Virus record (IMG/VR): IMGVR_UViG_2648501669_000022
Span: 1-12,974 of that record
Strand: one strand, 5' to 3'
From: a virus
Lineage: Duplodnaviria > Heunggongvirae > Uroviricota > Caudoviricetes
Length of the DNA stretch: 12,974 bases
Part shown: positions 7,154 to 12,974 of the stretch, piece after piece
Layout: each line of letters begins with the position of its first letter
Position numbering within the stretch: the first letter of the stretch is position 1
The notes under the pieces: generated by a model
What the model saw: the letters and a program-made list of their open reading frames with translations, nothing else
Told to the model about the DNA's origin: nothing
Database searches by the model: none
Made by a program: the position numbers and the translations under genes

Positions 7154-7696
7154 ATGGGGCAAAGCATGACTAAGCTGACCATTAACAGAAAACCTAAAGG
7201 CATTTACGGCACGCCGCAGAAAACGACGCAGGCGGCGCAGGAGCAGGATAAAACCACGTCGGCGCATAAAGTGATGCCCGGTAACCAGAAAGCGCAGCAG
7301 AAGCCCACAGGGGCGACACCGTGGCGGCATATGACCAAGCGCCAGCGCAAAAACCGCAGGCGCGTTAACCGCCTTATCGAACTGTGGCCAGAATTATTCA
7401 GCCGGGAAGCACCGAAGCCGCTTAAGGTGGGGATATTTGACGACCTGATGCAGGATCTCGCCGTCAGGGGGCTGGCATTCGGGCCAGGGGCATTACGTGC
7501 GACGCTGGCATCTTATGCGCAGTGTCCGCGCTATTACCGCGCCTTAATGGCTGGTGGGGTACGCTACGACCTGAAAGGCCAGCCGTGCGGCGAGGTGACA
7601 CCACAGGAACAACAGGACGCAGAAACGCGGCTGGTGGCGCTGAATGAGAAGCGCAAACGTCAGCGCCGGGCAGCAAAGGAGAAAACAGGCGCATGA
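7154..7696 (+). CDS. ProQ/FinO-domain RNA-binding protein with a basic N-terminal extension
   Basis: 180 aa; LIELWPELFSREAPKPLKVGIFDDL...RYDLKGQPCGEVTPQE parallels the ProQ N-terminal/FinO signature as I remember it (PLKIGIF.DL ... R.DLDG.PCGEL). The first ~70 aa are Lys/Arg/Gln-rich. Exact start uncertain (ATG 7154 or 7166). Confidence 0.7.
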   Translation: MGQSMTKLTINRKPKGIYGTPQKTTQAAQEQDKTTSAHKVMPGNQKAQQKPTGATPWRHMTKRQRKNRRRVNRLIELWPELFSREAPKPLKVGIFDDLMQDLAVRGLAFGPGALRATLASYAQCPRYYRALMAGGVRYDLKGQPCGEVTPQEQQDAETRLVALNEKRKRQRRAAKEKTGA

Positions 7697-7980
7697 TTCA
7701 CGACAGCAAAGCGGAAGCACTGGAAGCGCGTGGTCTGTACCGGAGAGCGGCGGCGCGGTGGGCTGAGGTCATCATGCTGGCGAATGATGACAAGGCACGG
7801 GAACAGGCGGCAAAACGTCGCGCGGAATGTATCCGCAAGGCAGCACGCCCACCAGCAAGGCAGGATAATTTCGGGGAGATGCGCGAAACCATCAGCCGGG
7901 CACATGCCGGGATGGGATTACATCAGCCCAATGGTAAGGCATTCAGGAAATACCCTGGATCGAAAAATTGCAGTCAGTGA
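7693..7980 (+). CDS. PerC-family transcriptional activator-like protein
   Basis: 95 aa; N-terminus MIHDSKAEALEARGLYRRAAARWAEVIM fits the PerC/Pch pattern (E..G.WRRAA.RW) from memory. ATGA overlap with the upstream stop; followed by tandem terminators. Confidence 0.6.
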   Translation: MIHDSKAEALEARGLYRRAAARWAEVIMLANDDKAREQAAKRRAECIRKAARPPARQDNFGEMRETISRAHAGMGLHQPNGKAFRKYPGSKNCSQ

Positions 7981-7985
7981 CGGAG

Positions 7986-8009
7986 GCCGGGATTTTTCCC
8001 GGCTTTTTT
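7986..8009 (+). terminator. Rho-independent terminator (first of two)
   Basis: Stem GCCGGG (7986-7991) / CCCGGC (7998-8003), loop ATTTTT, then 6 T (8004-8009). Confidence 0.75.
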
Positions 8010-8022
8010 GTGCCAGTAAAAA

Positions 8023-8056
8023 GCCCGCAGCCAGAAGTGTTGCGGGCTTTGTTTTT
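8023..8056 (+). terminator. Rho-independent terminator (second of two)
   Basis: Stem GCCCGCA (8023-8029) / TGCGGGC (8041-8047), 11-nt loop, then TTTGTTTTT (8048-8056). Confidence 0.7.
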
Positions 8057-8181
8057 CAGGTGATTGAAGTCAATGGGAAGAACGCGATCATCATGCGTTA
8101 TTGTTTCATAAATTGCAATGATGTAGATCGTCATTTCAGTTTGTGCAATCATAATCATTGTTTTGTTCAGGAGATATGACT

Positions 8182-8355
8182 ATGAGAAAAGCCAGCGTGA
8201 AACCCGTTTTACTCGCTCGTGAGCAGATTGAAGCATTACAGCGCATCCAGGACGAGGAACGCCGCAATTCTCCGCTGGGGATTGCTCCGAGCATTCATGA
8301 GGTCGCCCGGCGTTTAATGCAGCGGGCGCTTTATCCCGTAGAACGTCCGGCCTGA
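8182..8355 (+). CDS. Small hypothetical protein (57 aa), first gene of the late-like operon
   Basis: AGGAG (8169-8173) lies 8 nt upstream of the ATG at 8182; the track's 8158 start and the 8176 ATG have no usable SD spacing. Helical, charged sequence; possible small regulator. Confidence 0.5.
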   Translation: MRKASVKPVLLAREQIEALQRIQDEERRNSPLGIAPSIHEVARRLMQRALYPVERPA

Positions 8356-8394
8356 TGGTCGTGATTTTTTGGTGAAAAAAGAGAGGTGATAAAA

Positions 8395-8973
8395 ATGCCA
8401 GCAAGCAAAGAAGATTTGCGATTAAAACTGATGGAGGTGGTTAACGCTCTGTCAGAGTCGCAGGGCAGCACTCCGCAGGAGATTATCGAAATTCTGAATG
8501 CGATCCCCGCACAGGATTTCATAAAAGAGGATAACGCTAATCAAAACATCGTCGCGTCAGTCGAAGATGAATCCTCACTGGCAGAAGCCCAGGCTAAAGC
8601 AGATTCCGCATACAGCAATATGGGCCGTCGCGCTCCAGCCCCGTTTGCTGGTGAAAAGTCGATGGATTACCGCAAGCGTGCATTAATTGGTGCACAGAAG
8701 CTGGCTAAAAAATTCAGTGATGTGGATATTCGTTCCGTTTCAGATTCTGCAACGCTGGCGGTGCTGGAAGATCAGATTTACCAGGCTGCAAAAGACAGTG
8801 TTCAGTGGGCCGTGGAAAACACGCCGGGCCATTTGGGTAAAACCGTAAGAATGGATGAAGCTGGTCGTCGTATTACTGAATATCAGGGCGATCCGAACGT
8901 CTGGCTGAACGCCTTCAAAATCCCTCCCCGTCGCCTGGTCAAAATTAACACTGCAAGCCTCGCGGGGGCATGA
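8395..8973 (+). CDS. Hypothetical protein (192 aa), acidic helical N-terminal half
   Basis: ATG at 8395 with GAGAGGTG 6 nt upstream (the track's 8386 start is a GTG inside the SD). No family recognised. Confidence 0.6.
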   Translation: MPASKEDLRLKLMEVVNALSESQGSTPQEIIEILNAIPAQDFIKEDNANQNIVASVEDESSLAEAQAKADSAYSNMGRRAPAPFAGEKSMDYRKRALIGAQKLAKKFSDVDIRSVSDSATLAVLEDQIYQAAKDSVQWAVENTPGHLGKTVRMDEAGRRITEYQGDPNVWLNAFKIPPRRLVKINTASLAGA

Positions 8974-8990
8974 AAAACGTGCTGAGTTCA

Positions 8991-9021
8991 GCCCTGCCGG
9001 ATTTGGCGGGGCTTATTGCTT
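8991..9021 (+). promoter_or_regulatory. Intergenic stem-loop with U-rich tail (weak terminator or attenuator)
   Basis: Stem GCCCTGCC (8991-8998) / GGCGGGGC (9005-9012) with one G-U wobble, loop GGATTT, then TTATTGCTT. Confidence 0.35.
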
Positions 9022-9037
9022 ATAACCGGATAACATT

Positions 9038-9709
9038 ATGCTTTTAACAGAAATTGAGGCGGCAAAGCAGATTCGGGACGGTCAGCTACCGTCGCCTTAT
9101 CAGTTTTCCAACATGTGGCTGGTTAACCTGCGTATTACAGGAACCGGTATGGCCTACCGCGCCGAAGAAAAAGAATTTGTCTGGCGTTCACCGCAAACTT
9201 ATCTCAATCCGCAGTTCCTGGAACGTTGCGCCGGAGTACCCGTCATTATCGACCATCCCGAAGGCAAAACCATTGAAGACGTTGGCGAACGGTCGCGCAT
9301 TATTGGCACCGTCATGTTGCCGTATATTCGCGGTGACGAGGTGTGGGGTGTATGCCGGATTTACGGGCAGGAAATCATCGATTACATCCAGAAAGCACGG
9401 GGGGAGGTATCCACCAGCCCGTCGGTTGTGTTTTGTGGTGCGTCCGGTGGGGCAGAAGTTCCTGATGTAATGGGCGAGGACAATTTTTTCATTGAGGGTA
9501 CGCCATTCCTTATCGATCACGTTGCGCTCGTGCCGCTTGGTGTTTGGGATAAGGGCGGGAAACCATCGGGTGTGGAGGTAACAACGCCGACAGCAGAAGA
9601 ACAGCTCGCCGGAATGGTCCGGGACGTTATTGATGCGGCCTGCAAGCCAGCCCTGGAAAAACTGGAAGAAATATCCGGGCGGCTGGCTCAACTGGAAAAA
9701 ACAGAGTGA
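9038..9709 (+). CDS. Hypothetical protein (223 aa); weak resemblance to HK97-type prohead proteases
   Basis: Size and a His (VPVIIDHPEG, residue 73) to Ser (GEVSTSP, residue 125) spacing of about 52 aa recall HK97-family prohead proteases; this is memory of motif shape only. C-terminus is coiled-coil-like. Confidence 0.55.
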   Translation: MLLTEIEAAKQIRDGQLPSPYQFSNMWLVNLRITGTGMAYRAEEKEFVWRSPQTYLNPQFLERCAGVPVIIDHPEGKTIEDVGERSRIIGTVMLPYIRGDEVWGVCRIYGQEIIDYIQKARGEVSTSPSVVFCGASGGAEVPDVMGEDNFFIEGTPFLIDHVALVPLGVWDKGGKPSGVEVTTPTAEEQLAGMVRDVIDAACKPALEKLEEISGRLAQLEKTE

Positions 9710-9716
9710 GTGAATC

Positions 9717-10334
9717 ATGAAAATTGCTAAAAACTTAAATCTGATTATCCCTGTGCGCACTGAAAAGGGAAATGGCTGGATCCATGCCACGCCGATCAGC
9801 AAAGAGGTGTTTAAAGAGCATTTCTTCATCCTGAGTAAAACCTTTTCTGCCATTTTTTCTGAAGGTCTTGGTGTTGTTGCGGGTCCGCGCGTTGCCTGCC
9901 TTATGCTGGAGAAAATCTCCCGTGACTCCGGTTTATGGGATGGGGAGAAAGGCATACGTAATACGCTCATAAACGAAATTATTCGCCTGGCAAACCTTGT
10001 TTATCCAGTGGAGGGCAAAGGCTACGACACAATCCCTCTCGATATGGCGCTGGAGCGTGAAATCGTTGATTTGGACGAAGTGGCGGGTGAACTTGTTTTT
10101 TTTACATGCGTCTCGTCGATAAATTCCCCGGAGCAGACGAAGGGGACTATGGATGCGGTGAATGGAATATGGAGCACTCAATGCTCGTCCTTGAGTCTTA
10201 CGGAATGGATCGCTTCATTGCCGACATTGAAGCCTGCCGTCAGTTCTGGCGCGACGGCGAACACGTCATCAGCGACATCCTCGACTACTCAGCCGGAGCC
10301 GGATTCAGAGACATCTGTGCAGATTCCGGTCTGA
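9717..10334 (+). CDS. Hypothetical protein; zero-frame ORF convincing only to about 10105, possible tail-assembly-chaperone-like gene
   Basis: GAGTGAG 6 nt upstream of the ATG. The first ~129 codons look protein-like; after the T8 run the zero frame becomes Ser/Thr-rich low complexity and loses the G-rich first codon position, which the -1 frame shows instead. Confidence 0.5.
   Translation: MKIAKNLNLIIPVRTEKGNGWIHATPISKEVFKEHFFILSKTFSAIFSEGLGVVAGPRVACLMLEKISRDSGLWDGEKGIRNTLINEIIRLANLVYPVEGKGYDTIPLDMALEREIVDLDEVAGELVFFTCVSSINSPEQTKGTMDAVNGIWSTQCSSLSLTEWIASLPTLKPAVSSGATANTSSATSSTTQPEPDSETSVQIPV
10097..10103 (+). other. Candidate -1 slippery heptamer T_TTT_TTT within a T8 run (10096-10103)
   Basis: Zero-frame codons are GTT TTT TTT. 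The -1 frame has a stop at 10088-10090, opens at 10091 and runs to 10399. Confidence 0.4.
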
Positions 10335-10399
10335 ATGTAAAAACAGCAGCTCAGTTTCGTGAGCTGCTCAAATTCAAGAATCCCGCAGGAGTATTGTAA
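10106..10399 (+). CDS. -1 frame ORF (97 codons from the ATG), likely translated as a frameshift extension of the upstream gene or as its own product
   Basis: Better codon-position bias than the overlapping zero frame; its stop overlaps the next start (TAATG at 10397-10401), indicating translational coupling to the 680-aa gene. Confidence 0.5.
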   Translation: MRLVDKFPGADEGDYGCGEWNMEHSMLVLESYGMDRFIADIEACRQFWRDGEHVISDILDYSAGAGFRDICADSGLNVKTAAQFRELLKFKNPAGVL

Positions 10400-12441
10400 T
10401 GTCAGGTAATCAGATGCCAGTTCTGACGCTGGACGTTAATGAAGAACACCTCAAACGGCTTGAGGCAATTTTTGAAAAGTATCGCAACGGGCTGATGATC
10501 GGCCCTGCAGGAACGCCGATGAAAATACCGGGGCAAAGTGGGCGCAGCGTGGGGGCAGGCTTACCCGTGGCGGCAAAATCTGGTCGGACAGGACCGGATG
10601 TATCCGGGAGAGTGAGGGACGAAAAAGGGCGCTTTGTCGGCAGTGGAAAAACAGCAGATTCGTTCGTAAGCAACTATAAAGGTCGCGGCGAAACGATGTT
10701 TGATAAGTATCTCAGCGGGCTGGGGAAAAATGCCCAACAGACGCTGAAAACTTACAAGCAGATCAATTCTACGCTACAGACGACCACTTCGAGATTAAAC
10801 AACCTGTTTAAAACAACCGTATCGTGGGGGACAAAACTTGCGGTTATGGGCGTTGCCGGGCCGTTTGGCTTTGGCATGATGTCTCGTAGTGTTGTAGAGA
10901 AACAGAAAAATGCAGATGAGCTGGTGGCAACGCCGGGAGAATTAAAGGCGGCAGAGAGTACCTATTCACCTTATTTTTCCGGTGTTGGCAATGTGCTCAA
11001 TACACTGGCAGCCGCGCAAAATGATCAAGAACACCCCGCCCGCGTTGGCCTGCTTCATCTGGGGATTAATCCTGATAAAAACGCGACTGAAAACCTGCCT
11101 GTATTCCTGAAAAAGGTTGCAGAGCTGGCAAAGGAATATCAGGGAAGTGGTCTTACCCAGAGTATGCTCAGGGGAAGAGGGCTTGGATGGGTAAATTTTG
11201 GTCTTACTAACCAGTTAGTCAAATATCAGGACAAAATACCTGAACTCAACAAAGAGTTTTCGTTACGTGCAGCGCAGAATGATTCGTTACTGACCTCTGC
11301 ACATACAAGTAAATATCAGAATCTTACCAGTAACCTGGAAAAAAACTGGGATCGGCTTACCAGCGGATTTCAGGGAGCAATGGCGGGGAATGAAGACGCT
11401 TTAATCAGAATGTCTGATGGTACCACGAATGCTGCCCTGAATTTCATGAATGGTGAGAACTTTAAAAGGATTCTGACTGATGTTGAAACGGGGCTGGATA
11501 AACTTGGTAAGTACGTTAATGGCCCGGATTTTAATAACGACCTGAACAATTTTGCCGAAAACGTTGCAAAGGTCACCAAGGCACTTAGCGGATTTGTTGG
11601 TTTTGCCGTTGAACATCCCTGGCTTTTTGGGGCCGCAGTGCTTGCGGGGCCATCAAGAGTTGGTGCCGTGGCAGCCACAACAACCGGAGTTGCCGCTCGT
11701 GTTGTCGGTGGAAGTCTTCTTGGGGCTACAGCCGGAACAGTAGCAGGATTGGCTATTCCTACAAATAACACACCTACCACCAGTGAGGAAATGAAAGGGC
11801 TGGAGGGGCGTTTCAACTTTGATTATTTTAACGAAGTGCAGGAGTGGCAAAAAAACAATCCGGGTAAGGTCTGGCCTGGAGGATTGCAGGGATTTTCAAA
11901 TCAAGTAAACAGATCTGCATATTTATCCAGAGGGATCAGGAATAACAATCCCGGAAATCTTAATTTCGCAGGACAAAAAGGGGCTACCCTGGAATCGGGG
12001 CCAAATGCCCGTTTTGCCAGCTTCCCGACGATGCTGGAAGGCATTGCTGCCTTAGATCGGCAGGTAATGCTATACCTGAAACGCGGCAAAAATACGATTG
12101 ATCAGATCATTGATATTTATGCCCCTTCATCTGATGGAAATAACACATCGTCCTATAAAAGCTATCTCTCTCAGTACACCGGTTTAGGTGTTAAGGAGAA
12201 AATTGATGGTTCTAATTTTGAGGTCATGAAAAAGCTAATTCAGGGCATTATTAACCATGAAAATGGTGCTGCCGCTAAAGCTGTAAGTGTTGAAGATGTG
12301 ATCCGGGCGCTGGCTATGAATCGTGGGATTGTCCCTACAGCAGGAAATAATAATCAGAACGTTAAGCTTGATATTCTTCAAAAACCAGGCTCCGACATAG
12401 TCGCTCAACTGGCCGGATTTTCGGGGCTTATGCCGAGGTAA
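10399..12441 (+). CDS. Large tape-measure-like protein (680 aa) with Gly/Ala-rich hydrophobic segments and a C-terminal NNPGN-motif domain
   Basis: AGGAG 7 nt upstream of the ATG. Central segment AVEHPWLFGAAVLAGPSRVGAVAATTTGVAARVVGGSLLGATAGTVAGLAIP; N/T/S/K-rich helical regions; C-terminal RGIRNNNPGNLNF...IYAPSSDGNN. The gene itself is well supported; the function is a guess. Confidence 0.7.
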   Translation: MSGNQMPVLTLDVNEEHLKRLEAIFEKYRNGLMIGPAGTPMKIPGQSGRSVGAGLPVAAKSGRTGPDVSGRVRDEKGRFVGSGKTADSFVSNYKGRGETMFDKYLSGLGKNAQQTLKTYKQINSTLQTTTSRLNNLFKTTVSWGTKLAVMGVAGPFGFGMMSRSVVEKQKNADELVATPGELKAAESTYSPYFSGVGNVLNTLAAAQNDQEHPARVGLLHLGINPDKNATENLPVFLKKVAELAKEYQGSGLTQSMLRGRGLGWVNFGLTNQLVKYQDKIPELNKEFSLRAAQNDSLLTSAHTSKYQNLTSNLEKNWDRLTSGFQGAMAGNEDALIRMSDGTTNAALNFMNGENFKRILTDVETGLDKLGKYVNGPDFNNDLNNFAENVAKVTKALSGFVGFAVEHPWLFGAAVLAGPSRVGAVAATTTGVAARVVGGSLLGATAGTVAGLAIPTNNTPTTSEEMKGLEGRFNFDYFNEVQEWQKNNPGKVWPGGLQGFSNQVNRSAYLSRGIRNNNPGNLNFAGQKGATLESGPNARFASFPTMLEGIAALDRQVMLYLKRGKNTIDQIIDIYAPSSDGNNTSSYKSYLSQYTGLGVKEKIDGSNFEVMKKLIQGIINHENGAAAKAVSVEDVIRALAMNRGIVPTAGNNNQNVKLDILQKPGSDIVAQLAGFSGLMPR

Positions 12442-12446
12442 TACCC

Positions 12447-12974
12447 ATGCTAATGAGTAAAGCAGAATATGCTAAACACAAAGGCGTAAGCCGCCAGACA
12501 GTTTACGACTGGATCGAGAAAGGCGAAGTGGTCATGTCCGGTAAAAAAATCGATGTGGAAGCGACAGAGCAGCGGAACAGCCCACCAGCACAGGAAAAAG
12601 ACACAGTTTCTGAAATGTGGCCAGAGAGAACGCTGGAAATGACGTGGGGCGAGTTCTGGAAAGCAGTTAAGGCCAGAGACGGTAAAATCCCTGCACCAGT
12701 AACGGACGATGACATACAGCAGCGTGTGCAGGATGCAGCCGGGGAATTAGGCTGGGAAGTGCACTTTCTTGATGATGGTGCTATCTGCCTTGAGGATGAT
12801 GAAGGGCAGCATTACTTTGAAAAATACAATTTGCGAGGTAATGCCAGGCTGGCAATTCGTATGCTGCGTTGCGAACTCTGCTATGTTGCAGGTGATTATC
12901 CCGATGAACTGGAATCATGGAGTGAAGCCGGGCTAAACGCCCTGGCTGAATGGGAAAAATCAGGCCATCAATGA
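12447..12974 (+). CDS. HTH protein (175 aa) with a Nu1-like small-terminase N-terminal signature; candidate TerS or packaging-redirection factor
   Basis: GAGGT 7 nt upstream of the ATG. N-terminus SKAEYAKHKGVSRQTVYDWIEKGEVVMSGKKIDVEA parallels lambda Nu1 (KKQLADIFGASIRTIQNWQEQGMPVLRGGGKGNEVLYDSAA) from memory. Acidic C-terminal half. Stop TGA is the last codon of the window. Confidence 0.45.
   Translation: MLMSKAEYAKHKGVSRQTVYDWIEKGEVVMSGKKIDVEATEQRNSPPAQEKDTVSEMWPERTLEMTWGEFWKAVKARDGKIPAPVTDDDIQQRVQDAAGELGWEVHFLDDGAICLEDDEGQHYFEKYNLRGNARLAIRMLRCELCYVAGDYPDELESWSEAGLNALAEWEKSGHQ

Larger units (their letters stand above)
1..12974. mobile_element. Integrative island, P4-integrase family, satellite/PICI-like (int-alpA-replication-regulators-late operon); att sites and far end lie outside the window
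   Basis: Gene content and order: int at the left edge, alpA, antirepressor-like gene, RHH repressor, RepA-like helicase with iteron origin, FinO/PerC-type regulators, compact same-strand operons. Element boundaries cannot be seen. Confidence 0.6.

Noticed and set aside
7730-8179. 149-aa plus-strand ORF overlapping the PerC-like gene in another frame
   Set aside because: Runs straight through both intrinsic terminators and the AT-rich promoter region, has no SD, and yields an Arg/Cys-rich product; alternate-frame artefact.
9188-9970. 260-aa minus-strand ORF
   Set aside because: Antisense to two tightly packed plus-strand genes (9038-9709 and 9717 onward) with good start signals; no start context of its own.
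11370-11816. 148-aa minus-strand ORF inside the 680-aa gene
   Set aside because: Mirror image of the Gly/Ala-rich segment of the plus-strand gene (yields Pro/Ala/Thr-rich antisense sequence); typical shadow ORF.
1-12974. Identification as phage P4 itself
   Set aside because: Only the integrase and AlpA/Vis-type regulator are P4-like; there is no alpha-type primase (a RepA-like helicase is present instead) and no recognisable sid, psu or delta.

Overview
Nearly the whole window reads as one mobile element: the integrase-proximal ~13 kb of a P4-integrase-family integrative island with a satellite/PICI-like layout. All functional calls rest on motifs read by eye and remembered family signatures; no database search was run, so they are hypotheses. 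Left to right (+ strand unless noted): a complete tyrosine integrase (1-1215); an AT-rich single-gene cargo slot (1344-2141) closed by a strong intrinsic terminator and a 33-bp tandem-repeat/palindrome array; alpA; an AntA/AntB-type antirepressor-like gene; a minus-strand pair absent from the ORF track (Arc/RHH protein 3919-4092 and a 48-aa membrane peptide 3751-3897) facing a divergent promoter with GGTAATTACC operators; a translationally coupled operon of four small proteins ending in a RepA-like helicase (4229-6687); an AT-rich iteron origin (6688-7075); ProQ/FinO-domain and PerC-like regulators; tandem terminators; then a second, late-like operon (8182-12974). The most notable points are the cargo gene next to int, the unlisted Arc/membrane-peptide pair, and a T8 slippery run that leads in the -1 frame into an ORF translationally coupled to a 680-aa tape-measure-like gene, which is unexpected on a satellite-like island. 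No rRNA, tRNA or CRISPR array was seen.
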